Source: Eledone cirrhosa
Taxonomy: Eukaryota
NCBI GenBank assembly: GCA_964016885.1
Contig: OZ024743.1
Coordinates: forward strand, 161,014,001-161,078,000
Reading direction: 5' to 3'
Length of the DNA stretch: 64,000 bases
A model generated the notes under the pieces. That model did no database searches. It worked only from the letters and a program-made list of their open reading frames with translations, and was not told the origin of the DNA. The stretch's first letter is position 1. Each line of letters starts with the position of its first letter. This document shows positions 28,462 to 41,179 of the stretch, piece after piece. The position numbers and the translations under genes were made by a program.

Positions 28462-28462
28462 G

Positions 28463-28493
<31 letters not shown>

Positions 28494-28496
28494 AAA

Positions 28497-28533
<37 letters not shown>

Positions 28534-28655
28534 TATACATATATATATACATACACATATATATACACACACACATACATACACATACATACATATATAC
28601 ACACACACATACATACACATACACTCACACATATATACACACATACATTAATAAC

Positions 28656-28701
<46 letters not shown>

Positions 28702-28780
28702 GCAATAATATTAATAACGACAACAACAACAATAATATACATATTCATATATATATACACACACACGCACGCACATAAGC

Positions 28781-28818
<38 letters not shown>

Positions 28819-31800
28819 GATAGCAACTAACAGCGCTGCGATCGAATGTGGCTTTTTAGCCCAGCCAATGATCTAAAATGTCTTGCACAGAGTCGGCAAC
28901 CAAAACATTTACTGGGAATAGTCGGCTGTGGTTGGAGTTCGTGTACTTTTGCATGTCGCTTGAGTCCTCCTGCTGATTTACATTCTCTACCACATGTTTG
29001 GCAAGCATGATGAGTAGCATCTCCAACAGCAGCCTGGTAGTCAACCACTGGTCTTACTTTATGACTGCGAAGATGACTTTCGAGTCCAGCTTTGCTTAGG
29101 CAGAGTCTCGCACAGACGCTGCATGTCAGAAACATAGGAGGACCCTCGCCGTCTGGAAGTGCAACAGCAATACCCTTCCTCACGTCCCGCTTTACTTTCT
29201 CGTGTGCGATTCGAGATGCCTCAAAGGCAACTTTTCCCTCATATACAGTCTTTCTCCATTTATTACGATCAGCAGCAATATTTTCCCATGTATCAGCAGA
29301 GATGTTAGCGTCTTTCAGAGAGGCCTTCAAGGAATCCTTATACCTCTTTTTTGGTTTATGTGGCGGTCGTTTTCCTTTAGCCAACTCTCCATAGAAGAGT
29401 TGTTTTGGTATTCTAGAATCCTTCATCCTGGCAAGGTGACCACTCCAACGGAGTCGCTGCTTAAGCACAAGAGCTTCTATACTGTCACACATAGAGCTTT
29501 CCAAAATCTCGACATCACTGATGTGGTCCCTCCAGCGAACGCCATGTATCCGTCTGAGACACATCTGATGGAAACGCTCCAATTGCCTAAGGTGGCGTCG
29601 ATATGTGACCCAGGTCTCGCAGGCATAAAGAAGACAAGAGAGTACACATGCCCTGTACACCCTTACCTTTGTCCTCCTGCATATGTCTCGCCGACCCCAG
29701 AGTCGCCTTTCTAGCTTTCCGAAAGCATCACTTGCTTTCCTAATCCTAAGTGAGATTTCACTGTCAAGGTTGCCGTATCGATTGACAGTGCTTCCCAGGT
29801 AGACAAACTGATCAACCACTCCAAGTCGTTTGCCATACACATAGATGTTTGGTTCAGTGTACTGCCTACCAGGTGCAGGTTGGTACATGACGACGGTTTT
29901 CTTGAGACTGACAGTCAAACCCAGGGCAGTGCAAGCGTCAGAAAATACATTCAAAATGTGCTGCATATCACTCTCTGTGTGCGCTACAAGATCGCAATCA
30001 TCTGCATACAAGAGGTCTCTTATGACTGATGTAAATACCTTTGTCTTCGCAGCAAAGCGCCTGATGTTAAATATGCTGCCTGAGGTTCGATATCGGATGT
30101 AAACACCATGCTCGCAATTCCTGAATGCAACACAGAAAACCATTGCAAAGTATATGGCAAACAGGGTCGGTGCTGGAATATCCCCCTGTTTCACTCCATT
30201 TTTTACTGAGATAGGCTCCGACATGTTACCTCCGACATTAACCCAAGCCTTCATGTCGTCATGGAAAGACCTAACTAAAGCAAGGAACTTATCAGGGCAA
30301 CCAAGTTTCTGGAGAATCTTCCATAATGCATCTCTGTTGACAGTATCGAAAGCCTTTGTCAGATCGACAAAAACCTGATACAGATCCAAGCCCTGTTCAA
30401 TGCACTTCTCCTGGAGCTGTCTAGCTGAGAAGATCATATCAGTAGTGCCGCGTCCAACACGAAAACCAGATTGACTTTCAGGAAGGACACAATCTGCAAT
30501 GTGTGTCAGCAGACGGTCCAGAAGCACCCTACATAAAACTTTCCCCACGACAGAAAGCAATGATATACCTCTGTAGTTCCCACAATCATTCCTGTTACCC
30601 TTTCCCTTGTACAAGACCACCATTACTGCATCTCTCCAGTCCTCAGGCACGGATTCATTAGCCCATATCCTTCCAAACAGAGAGTGAAGATGTTGCAGGA
30701 GTCTCTCACCACCATATTGTAGGAGCTCAGCATGTATGCCATCCATACCTGGAGATCTTCCACTGTTCAGCTTCGAAATAGCCACTGTAACCTCCACAAG
30801 TGTCGGAGGTTCTGCGAGAGCTACTTTCACAGGACTTTCCGGAATGAGATTGAGGAAATCTTCACTGACGACAGACGGCTGATTCAAAAGATCATCAAAG
30901 TGCTCTCGCCACCTTCGTAGAATTCCCTGTGAGTCACGAAGAAGTTCTTTGCCATCCCTGCTGCGAATCGGTGTCACCAGAGAAGAAGACGGTCCATAAA
31001 CCTCACGCAAGAGACTGTACAACAGCTTTGTGTTATTGCAATCAGACGCAGTTTGTATCTCACCAGCCTTCTCACTCCACCACTGATCCTTCATCTGAGA
31101 AAGACTCCGCCTAACACGTGATTTTACATCCCTGAGCTCCTCATGCAACGTATTCCTCTCCTGTGGTTTTGCCGTCAAGTAGCGTGACAGAGCACGCCTC
31201 TTATCAGCCAACAAGTCTTCTATATGTACATCATTCTCATTAAACCAGTCCTGATGTTTTCTCTGCACCAATCCCAGAACACGCCTGCCTACATCATAAA
31301 CCGACTTTTTAAGGGTCGGCCAATCCTCACCAAGATCTGCAGCCTGCATCTCTTCTTCCAATGTCCTCTTCACATTTTTATCCTTAAGACGAGCAGCATT
31401 CAATCTTTTGGGCAGGGTAACACCAGGAGCCCGGATTTTACGTTTGGTGATTAGATTCACTTTTGCGCGCACCAGGCGGTGGTCCGTCCAGCACTCAGCT
31501 CCACGAAGAACACGAACACACTGCACATCCTGTCTGTCACGCATCCTGACTAGGACGTAGTCCAAAAGATGCCATTCCTTAGATGCAGGATGCATCCATG
31601 TGGTCTTGAATTTGTTCTTTTGTTGGAACATGGTGTTGGTAACACACAGATCCAGCTCCTCACACATCTGCAGCAAGAGCATACCATTGCTGTTACACTT
31701 TCCCACCCCATGCCTTCCGATTACATTCCATGTGTTAAAATCCCTACCCACTCTAGCATTAAAGTCACCAAGCACGATGACTTTGTCTGCCTGAGGGATA

Positions 31801-32381
31801 TTTCTTAAAACACCTTTCAAGGCATGGTAAAAGGACAGTTTTTCTTCATCGACAGAATTCATAGTTGGAGCATACACACTCACCAGGGTAGCATATCTTC
31901 CCTTGTCCAGCGGAACTCTCATGGACATAAGACGCTCACTAATCCCCACTGGGAATTCTTCTAATTTATTCACCAGTACAGTCTTAACAGCAAATCCCAC
32001 CCCAGCCTCTCTTCTGGTTCCTTCATCTCTTCCTTTCCAGAAGAATGTATATTCTCCACAAAATTCCGCAAGATGACCATCTCCAGCTAACCTCGTCTCA
32101 GACAAAGCCACGATGTCAAGATCGTAACGTCGAAGCTCCTTCGCAACAAGAGTGGTCCTTCGTTCAGGACGCTCCAAAGAATCCCCGTCAAGCAGCGTCC
32201 GTACGTTCCAGCAGCCAAGACTAAATGCCCTGTTTGGCTCTATTACAATGGCACGATGACGGGCGGGCCCAGGTTGTGATAACTTGGGTCCCCTGCCCTT
32301 ATTGCCAATGATCTCTTTTGTTCCAGAACCCAAATTGGCAATTATCTCGTTTACATTGTTCTGGAACATCATTGAATTGGG

Positions 32382-32412
<31 letters not shown>

Positions 32413-32417
32413 TAATA

Positions 32418-32452
<35 letters not shown>

Positions 32453-32703
32453 ACACTATTAATAATTATTAATGCACTCGTGCAATGCCTGTGCGTGACG
32501 AATATTTTTAAAGTGAGGAAAGACTGTGCACTGAACCAATCCCACTCTCTGAGCGACAGTAGCTATAACCCGAAAAGAAGAAAAGATCAACATCATCGGT
32601 AACTACTGAGCCGCAGGTTTTATATCGGAGTTAACCCAGTTTCCTGAGATGCCTTCTCCTAGAAGAATACCCTGACATGGGCTAGGGGTTCTTCACTCCC
32701 AGT
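28348..32703 (-). mobile_element. RTE-clade LINE copy A (young, intact ORF)
   Basis: Partial 5'UTR at 32373-32703, single ORF, microsatellite-rich 3'UTR ending in the stem-loop ATGGCTGC..CTCGTTATCGAG..GGCCAT. Confidence 0.9.
28827..32372 (-). CDS. RTE LINE polyprotein: APE endonuclease + reverse transcriptase + three C-terminal C2H2 zinc fingers (1181 aa)
   Basis: WNVRTL, LSETR, GDFNARVG, LLDYV, TDH (APE); DLTKAFD, GVKQG, LYADD (RT); CSVC..HLRSH, CQTC..HAKVH, CRLC..HIRSQ (fingers). Uninterrupted ORF; the true start Met may be slightly downstream. Confidence 0.95.
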   Translation of the reverse strand: MMFQNNVNEIIANLGSGTKEIIGNKGRGPKLSQPGPARHRAIVIEPNRAFSLGCWNVRTLLDGDSLERPERRTTLVAKELRRYDLDIVALSETRLAGDGHLAEFCGEYTFFWKGRDEGTRREAGVGFAVKTVLVNKLEEFPVGISERLMSMRVPLDKGRYATLVSVYAPTMNSVDEEKLSFYHALKGVLRNIPQADKVIVLGDFNARVGRDFNTWNVIGRHGVGKCNSNGMLLLQMCEELDLCVTNTMFQQKNKFKTTWMHPASKEWHLLDYVLVRMRDRQDVQCVRVLRGAECWTDHRLVRAKVNLITKRKIRAPGVTLPKRLNAARLKDKNVKRTLEEEMQAADLGEDWPTLKKSVYDVGRRVLGLVQRKHQDWFNENDVHIEDLLADKRRALSRYLTAKPQERNTLHEELRDVKSRVRRSLSQMKDQWWSEKAGEIQTASDCNNTKLLYSLLREVYGPSSSLVTPIRSRDGKELLRDSQGILRRWREHFDDLLNQPSVVSEDFLNLIPESPVKVALAEPPTLVEVTVAISKLNSGRSPGMDGIHAELLQYGGERLLQHLHSLFGRIWANESVPEDWRDAVMVVLYKGKGNRNDCGNYRGISLLSVVGKVLCRVLLDRLLTHIADCVLPESQSGFRVGRGTTDMIFSARQLQEKCIEQGLDLYQVFVDLTKAFDTVNRDALWKILQKLGCPDKFLALVRSFHDDMKAWVNVGGNMSEPISVKNGVKQGDIPAPTLFAIYFAMVFCVAFRNCEHGVYIRYRTSGSIFNIRRFAAKTKVFTSVIRDLLYADDCDLVAHTESDMQHILNVFSDACTALGLTVSLKKTVVMYQPAPGRQYTEPNIYVYGKRLGVVDQFVYLGSTVNRYGNLDSEISLRIRKASDAFGKLERRLWGRRDICRRTKVRVYRACVLSCLLYACETWVTYRRHLRQLERFHQMCLRRIHGVRWRDHISDVEILESSMCDSIEALVLKQRLRWSGHLARMKDSRIPKQLFYGELAKGKRPPHKPKKRYKDSLKASLKDANISADTWENIAADRNKWRKTVYEGKVAFEASRIAHEKVKRDVRKGIAVALPDGEGPPMFLTCSVCARLCLSKAGLESHLRSHKVRPVVDYQAAVGDATHHACQTCGRECKSAGGLKRHAKVHELQPQPTIPSKCFGCRLCARHFRSLAGLKSHIRSQRC

Positions 32704-32784
32704 GAATATATATACATACATATATACACACACACACACACACATACTCACACACACATACACACACACACATACGTTAATAAC

Positions 32785-32819
<35 letters not shown>

Positions 32820-35800
32820 CAATAATAATAACGACAACAACAATAATAATATACATATACATATATATATATACACACACACGCACACACATAACCATAT
32901 CTACACACACACACACACACACGATAGCAACTAACAGCGCTGCGATCGAATGTGGCTTTTTAGCCCAGCCAATGATCTAAAATGTCTTGCGCAGAGTCGG
33001 CAACCAAAACATTTACTGGGAATAGTCGGCTGTGGTTGGAGTTCGTGTACTTTTGCATGTCGCTTGAGCCCTCCTGCTGATTTACATTCTCTACCACATG
33101 TTTGGCAAGCATGATGAGTAGCATCTCCAACAGCAGCCTGGTAGTCAACCACTGGTCTTACTTTATGACTGCGAAGATGACTTTCGAGTCCAGCTTTGCT
33201 TAGGCAGAGTCTCGCACATACGCTGCATGTCAGCATCATAGGAGGACCCTCGCCGTCTGGAAGTGCAACAGCAATGCCCTTCCTCACATCCTGCTTTACT
33301 TTCTCGTATGCGATTCGAGATGCCTCAAAGGCAACTTTTCCCTCATATACAGTCTTTCTCCATTTATTACGATCAGCAGCAATATTCTCCCATGTATCAG
33401 CAGAGATGTTAGCGTCTTTCAGAGAGGCTTTCAAGGAATCCTTATACCTCTTTTTTGGTTTATGTGGCGGTCGTTTTCCTTTAACCAACTCTCCATAAAA
33501 GAGTTGTTTTGGTATTCTAGAATCCTTCATCCTGGCAAGGTGACCACTCCAACGGAGTCGTTGCTTAAGCACAAGAGCTTCTATACTGTCACACATAGAG
33601 CTTTCCAAAATCTCGACATCACTGATGTGGTCCCTCCAGTGAACGCCATGAATCCGTCTGAGACACATCTGATGGAAACGCTCCAATTGCTTAAGGTGGT
33701 GTCGATATGTGACCCAGGTCTCGCAGGCATAAAGAAGACAAGAGAGCACACATGCCCTGTACACCTTTACCTTTGTCCTCCTGCATATGTCTCGCCGACC
33801 CCAGAGTCGCCTTTCTAGCTTTCCGAAAGTATCACTTGCTTTCCTAATCCTAAGTGAGATTTCACTGTCAAGGTTGCTGTATCGATTGACAGTGCTTCCC
33901 AGGTAGACAAACTGATCAACCACTCCAAGTCGTTTGTCATACACATAGATGTTTGGTTCAGTGTACTGCTTACCAGGGGCAGGTTGGTACATGACGACGG
34001 TTTTCTTGAGACTGACAGTCAGACCTAGGGCAGTGCAAGCGTCAGAAAATGCATTCAAAATGTGCTGCATATCACTCTCTGTGTGCGCTACAAGATCGCA
34101 ATCATCTGCATACAAGAATACTTTTGTCTTCGCAGCAAAGCGCCTGATGTTAAATATACTGCCTGAGGTTCGATATCGGATGTAAACACCATGCTCGCAA
34201 TTCCTGAATGCAATACAGAAAACCATTGCAAAGTATATGGCAAACAGGGTCGGTGTGGGAATATCCCCCAGTTTCACTCCATTTTTTACTGAGATAGGCT
34301 CCGACATGTTACCCCCGACATTAACCCAAGCCTTCATGTCGTCATGGAAAGACCTAACTAAAGAAGGAACTTATCAGGGCAACCAAGTTTCTGGAGAACC
34401 TTCCATAATGCAACTCTGTTAACAGTATCGAAAGCTTTTGTCAGATCGACAAAAACCTGATACAGATCCAAGCCTTGTTCCATGCACTTCTCCTGGAGCT
34501 GTCTAGCTGAGAAGTTCATATCAGCAGTGCCGCGTCCAGCACGAAAACCAGATTGACTTTCAGGAAGAACATAATCTGCAATGTGTGTCAGCAGACGGTC
34601 CAGAAGCACCCTACATAAAACTTTCCCTACGACAGAAAGCAATGATATACCTCTGTAGTTCCCATAATCGTTCCTGTTACCCTTTCCCTTGTACAAGACC
34701 ACCATTACTGCATCTCTCCAGTCCTCAGGTACGGATTCATTAGCCCATATCCTGCCAAACAAAGAGTGAAGATATTGCAGGAGTCTCTCACCACCATATT
34801 GTAGGAGCTCAGCATGTATGCCATCCATACCTGGAGATCTTCCACTGTTCAGCTTCGAAATAGCCACTGCAACCTCCACAAGCGTCGGAGGTTCTGCGAG
34901 AGCTACTTTCACAGGACTTTCTGGAATGAGATTGAGGAAATCTTCACTGACGACAGACGACTGATTCAAAAGATCATCAAAGTGCTCTCGCCACCTTCGT
35001 AGAATTCCTTGTGAGTCACGAAGAAGTTCTTTGCCATCCTTGCTGCGAAGCGGTGTCACCAGAGAGGAAGACGGTCCATAAACCTCACGCAAGAGACTGT
35101 ACAACAGCTTTGTGTTATTGGAATCAGACGCAGTTTGTATCTCACCAGCCTTCTCACTCCACCACTGATCCTTCATCTGAGAAAGACTCCGTCTAACACG
35201 TGATTTTACATCCCTGAGTTCCTCATGCAACGTATTCCTCTCCTGTGGCTTTGCCGTCAAGTAGCGTGACAGAACACGCCTCTTATCAGCCAACAAGTCT
35301 TCTATATGTACATCATTCTCATTAAACCAGTCCTGATGTTTCCTCTGCGCCAATCCCAGAACACGCCTGCCTACATCATAAACCGACTTTTTAAGGGTCG
35401 GCCAATACTCACCAAGATCTGCAGCCTGCATCTCTTCTTCCAATGTCCTCTTCACATTTTTATCCTTAAGACGAGCAGCATTCAATCTTTTGGGCAGGGC
35501 AACACCAGGAGCCCGGATTTTACGTTTAGTGATTAGTTTCACTTTTGCGCGTACCAGGCGGTGGTCCGTCCAGCACTCAGCTCCACGAAGAACACGAACA
35601 CACTGCACATCCTGTCTGTCACGCATCCTGGCTAGGACGTAGTCTAAAAGATGCCATTACTTAGATGCAGGATGCATCCATGTGGTCTTGAATTTGTTCT
35701 TTTGTTGGAGCATGGTGTTGGTAACACACAGATCCAGCTCCTCACACATCTGCAGCAGGAGCATACCATTGCTGTTACACTTTCCCACCCCATGCCTTCC

Positions 35801-38800
35801 GATTACATTCCATGTGTTAAAATCCCTACCCACTCTATCATTAAAGTCACCAAGCACGATGACTTTGTCTGCCTGAGGGATATTTCTTAAAACACCTTTC
35901 AAGGATACCTTTTCCTCATCGACAGAACTCATAGTTGGAGCATACACACTCACCAGGGTAGCATATCTTCCCTTGTCCAGCGGAACTCTCATGGACATAA
36001 TACGCTCACTAATCCCTACTGGGAATTCTTCTAATTTGTTCACAAGTACAGTCTTAACAGCAAATCCTACCCCAGCCTCTCTTCTGGTTCCTTCATCTCT
36101 TCCTTTCCAGAAGAATGTATATTCTCCACAAAATTCCGTAAGATGACCATCTCCAGCTAACCTCGTCTCAGATAAAGCCACGATGTCAAGATCATAACGT
36201 CGAAGCTCCTTTGCAACAAGAGCGGTCCTTCGTTCAGGACGCTCCAAGGAATCCCTGTCAAGCAGCGTCCGTACGTTCCAGCAGCCAAGACTAAATGCCT
36301 TGTTTGGCTCTATTACAATGGCACGATGACGAGCGGGCCCAGGCTGTGATAACCTGGAGCCCTGCCCTTATTGCCAATGATCTTTTTTGTTCCAGAACCT
36401 AAATTGCCAATTATCTCTTTTATATTGTTCTGGTACATCATTGAATTTGAAAAAAAAAAAAGTAATAATAATGTTTGGACAGCTTGAGGGGAAAGAAAGA
36501 GGCAACGACTTGATCCCTGAGGCGGAACAAACTAAAACATTCTGGAGAGGAATATGGGAGCAGGATGTTAGACATAATGACCAGGCAGTGTGGATTGAGA
36601 CAGTACAGAAGGAGATCGGTGAACAGGCACACCAACAAACTGATTTGAGTATCACAGTTGAAACTCTTAAGGGGCAGGCCAAAAAACTAACCAACTGGAA
36701 ATCACCAGGCCCAGATGGTGTGCAGGGGTATTGGATTAAAAATATAACATCCCTCCACCCGAAACTGACAACCATGTTCAATGACTGCTTGATGTCAGGT
36801 GAGGTACCAGAGTGGTTGACAAAAGGTACCACAGTTCTGATAATGAAAGACCGAATCAAGGGTAATGATATTACCAACTATAGACCTATCACATGTCTGT
36901 CCGTAATGTGGAAACTGTTGACGAGCATTGTGTCTGAGGAAATCTACCATCACCTCCACACAAACAACTTGTTACCGGACGAACAGAAAGGATGCCGAAA
37001 GAAGTCACGTGGTACAAAGGACCAGTTACTTATTGATAAGATGGTAATGGGGAATTGCAGGAGGAGACACACTGATCTTGCCATGGGATGGATAGACTAC
37101 AGAAAGGCATTTGACATGGTGCCTCATTCTTGGATCACCAAAAGCCTGGAGTTCTTCAAGGTGGCAGATAACATCAGACAGTTGTTGGGCAAAAGTATGA
37201 GGTCCTGGGAAACAGAGTTGACATCAACTGGAGAATCCTTGGGAAGCGTGAAGATCAAGAGAGGTATCTTCCAGGGAGATAGCCTGTCCCCTCTGTTGTT
37301 TGTCCTTGCCCTGATGCCCCTGACCAGTGTACTGCGAAAAGTGAGAGCAGGATACGGGTTGGGAAAGGAAGGGCTTACTATCAATCACCTCCTCTTCATG
37401 GACGATCTTAAGCTCTTCGGGAAGAGTGAGAAGGAGTTGCATGTGCTTGTTGACACTGTCCGTATTTTCAGCAGTGATATATGTATGCAGTTTGGTATTA
37501 GTAAGTGTGGAGTCATTGTGATGAGGAGGGGTAGGTTGAGCAGAAGTAACGGAATCCAGATACCAACAGGTGAGATGATAAAGGAAATTGACTCTGAGGA
37601 AGGATACAAGTATTTGGGCGTTCTGGAGGCTGATGGCATAAAGAACAAAAAAAAAATGAAGGAATTGTTAAGAACTGAATACATTCGGAGAGTAAGGAGT
37701 GTATTGAAGTCACATTTGAACAGCAGAAATGCCATAAGCGCAGTAAATTCCCGAGCTGTGTCTATTATTAGGTACAGTGCGGGAATTCTGAGATGGAATG
37801 TTGCTGAACAAAAAGAAATGGATAGGAAGACTAGGAAGCTATTGACTATCTACAACATGTTCCACAAGAGGAGTGATGTCGATAGACTCTACTTAAGGAG
37901 ATCTGAGGGTGGAAGAGGTCTTATCAGCATAGAGGACTGTGTTCAGATGGAGAAAAACAACCTACACAAATACGTGACTGATAGTAAGGAGCCAATGCTC
38001 AGAACTGTACTGAAGGAGGGGACAATAGGCCAGGGGATGTCCAAGGAGGAAATAACATCAAGGAGAAAGAGCAGCCTTCAGGAAAAATCCCTTCATAGTA
38101 CCTTCTTTGAGAAAACTGAATTCAGAGATCCACAGACATGGAACTGGTTGAAAAGAGGAGACCTTAAAAAGGCTACAGAAGGAATGTTAATGGCTGCGTA
38201 GGAGCAGGCCCTCAAAACGAAGTGGTTGAAACACCATATTTACAAGGAGGAAGCTAGCCCACTGTGCAGGATCTGTGGAGAGAGAGAGGAGACTGTGGCT
38301 CACATTGTATCCGAGTGTAAACACCTAGCCCATACCCACTATAAGGGCTGGAGACATGATGTGATGGGCAGGGTGATCCACTGGCACCTGTGCAAAGTAA
38401 ACAATTTACCACATTCTGAGAAATGGTATGAGCATAAGCTTGAGACGGTGATAGAGAACGATCAGGTGAAGGTGCTGTGGGATTTTAGGATACAGACGGA
38501 CAAGAAACTGGAACACAATAGACCTGACCTGGTGGTTGTGGACAAAGAAAAAAGATCGTGTCTGATTGTGGATGTGGCCTGCCCATTCGACACGAGAGTG
38601 CAAGAGAAGGAGAGGGGGAAAATTAACCGATACCAGGACTTAAAGTGGGAATTAAAAAGGATTTGGAACTGCCATGAAGTCAAAGTGATCCCGATTGTCA
38701 TAGGCGCACTGGGGACTATCTCCAAAAGTTTCCAGGGATGGTTAAAGAAAATCGGCCCCTTCACGCTTTTTGGAACGCTTCAAAAGGCATGCTTGCTGTG

Positions 38801-38917
38801 AACAGCAAGAACCCTCCGATACGTCCTAAATATCTGAGGCTGCAGGTAGTGGCTTGATATTCATTCCAACGGACTTTCCAGTTAACTAACATCAATGACT
38901 GAGACTCAAGGAATAAC

Positions 38918-38969
<52 letters not shown>

Positions 38970-39275
38970 GTACACTATTAATAATTATTAATGCACTCGC
39001 GCAATGCCTGTGCGTGACGAATATTTTTAAAGTGAGGAAAGACTGTGCACTGAGCCAATCCCACTCTCTGAGCGACAGTAGCTATAACCCGAAAAGAAGA
39101 AAAGATCAACATCATCGGTAACTATTGAGCCGCAGGTTTTATGTCGGAGTTAACCCAGTTTCCTGAGATGCCTCCTCCTAGAAGAATGCCCTGACAAGGG
39201 CTAGGGGTTCTTCACTCCCAGTGGTTTAACTGCGCGATCGGGCATCCAGCCCGATTATTTCTATGTCCCCGCGCA
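32704..39275 (-). mobile_element. RTE copy B (older, frameshifted; interrupted by a Dong/R4 insertion; 3' tip displaced to 28000-28140)
   Basis: Highly similar to copy A but split into ORFs 35657-36247, 34358-35626 and 32931-34337, with small deletions. The 5'UTR resumes at about 38970-39275. Confidence 0.9.
36472..38912 (+). mobile_element. Dong/R4-clade RLE retrotransposon, 5'-truncated, inserted in (TAA)n
   Basis: RT (YRPITCL, IDYRKAFD, GIFQGDSLSP, LFMDDLKL), CRIC..HIVSEC knuckle, RLE RPDLV..DVACP..ExxKxxxY. Only two in-frame nonsense codons (38199 TAG, 38799 TGA); natural stop at 38835. Flanked by TAA repeats. Confidence 0.9.
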
Positions 39276-39559
39276 AAAAAAAAAAAAAAATCACTTATTG
39301 ACACTTATACGTACGACATACACACACGCGCATACATATGCGCGCACACAGCAACACTCATACATACAAACAAACACACACACGCTACTCTACTCACTTA
39401 CACACACACACCCATATATATATATATATATATATATATTACCGTCATTACTGATACAAGATTACAAGATTATGTCAACTGTTGACTTTCAAGAGTTTGT
39501 ATAGTTGAAGCCGATCGTACTACAGTCCAGTATTATTATAATTGCTTTACAGCATAGAG

Positions 39560-39690
39560 TTATGGCTCTCCACGCTCTGAGCTTAAATCCCGCCGAGGTC
39601 AACCTTGCCTTACATCCCCACGGAGTCAACAAAAGAGAGTACCAGTGATGCGCTGGGCCAGTCGCTGGATCCGTGCCAAAAGCAGAAAAA
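39560..39690 (+). mobile_element. Degenerate Meta-type SINE fragment
   Basis: AAATCCCGCCGAGGTCAACCTTGCCTTACATCCCCACGGAGTCAACAAA...GTACCAGT. Confidence 0.6.
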
Positions 39691-39988
39691 TTATTATTAA
39701 AGTTGTTTTCTTAAGGTCCGGTCGCTGGTGATGGTGATAGCGGCGGCGGTAGTGGTGGTGGTGGCAGTTGATGTTGTTGTTGTGTTGTGTGCGTGTGTGT
39801 GTGTGTTTTGTTATTTTGATTTTTTTTTTTTTTTTTTAATCTTTTGATGCCGCTGTTGTTGTTGTTGTAAATGTTCATTTCAGTTCATTCTGAAGCTGTT
39901 GTTGCTGTAAACATTAGTGCCGGTGTTGTTGTTGTAGATGTTGGGGTTGAAATCTGGTCGTTTGACTGAGTGATGTATATACACACAT

Positions 39989-40028
<40 letters not shown>

Positions 40029-40519
40029 TCAACAGAGAGTAGAGAGTTTGACAACAGGTCGATGACTTTAGTCTAGATAGGGTAATGACATGTGATGGTG
40101 GGGAGAGAGTGTAGACGTTATTGTGGTGGCGGGGGACAGTGCGATGTATCTAGTTCATTTGACCGTTTTCTTCTCTTTGCAAAATTTGAATTTTAGCCAT
40201 GTTATATTGAGATGTAAGTAAATGTCAAATGTAAAAATATAAATAAGGATTGCTCTGCTAAAATATACTAAAATATTTGTGTAACTTCCACAAACTTCTG
40301 TCGTGACATTCCCGAGTCCAGTGACCAACAAATTGTTGTATTTTGATGTTTCAGAATACAAAAATTAATTAAAAACTTGCCCCACGAAAAGACAGCGTGT
40401 GTTGTCCTATCTATAAGCTCCCTCATACATACATACATACATACATACATACATACATACATACATACATACATACATACATACATACATACATACATAC
40501 ATACATAAAAATAATAATT

Positions 40520-41165
40520 ATGTGCCAACAGCGACTATAAACCTTATATAATCAACTTTGTAAAATTTGCCTCAGCTGTAGGAAAGCAATTAGTGATTTA
40601 TGTTAGTGAATATATGCATACGTATCAACATAACGAGTATTGGTGAAACATTCCCATCGAAAGAGTTGCCAAATGCAAACAAACCAGGCCTGATATAGTT
40701 GAGGAAAAGTAAAGACAAAATTATATTCAGCTATAGAGGCCAACTGCCTTGACGATGTGAACATGTCTCCTAAAAGCAGTGAGAAAGGGAATATTTCTAT
40801 ACAGATTATAAATTCACATTTATGCCATTAATTATTTCTGCATTTGCCTATATTTAACTAAATTCCTGAGTGATAATCTGGAAAGTGTGGGGTTTTCAGG
40901 CAAAGAATTTGACAAGTTAATATACTATTTACAAATACAGTCTGTATTTGTAATGTGTACGCCACTGATAATGGCCACAATAATAGTCGTTGGGGCACAA
41001 AAATTCCAAATGTCAAATTTTTGCAATGTCTCTCAAATACAATCTGTGAGCGAAAAAGTAAAACAAAGTAAAAAGCACATGTAGCAATCATTGTTTTCGA
41101 TATGTGATTTCAAATGAAGTAGAAACAAGCTCCTCCCTTACAAGAAGAATTCAAATAATTAAAAA
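40520..41165 (+). mobile_element. Highly decayed R4-clade RLE 3' fragment after (CATA)n
   Basis: GAGTATTGGTG..AGGCCTGATATAG..AACTGCC remnants of EYWW/RPDI/CP; preceded by (CATA)n at 40425-40505. Confidence 0.55.
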
Positions 41166-41179
41166 CATATATATATACA

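Noticed and set aside
38199-38201. Programmed read-through in the Dong/R4 ORF
   Set aside because: More simply a CAG>TAG mutation in the conserved AAQEQAL motif; a second nonsense codon occurs at 38799.
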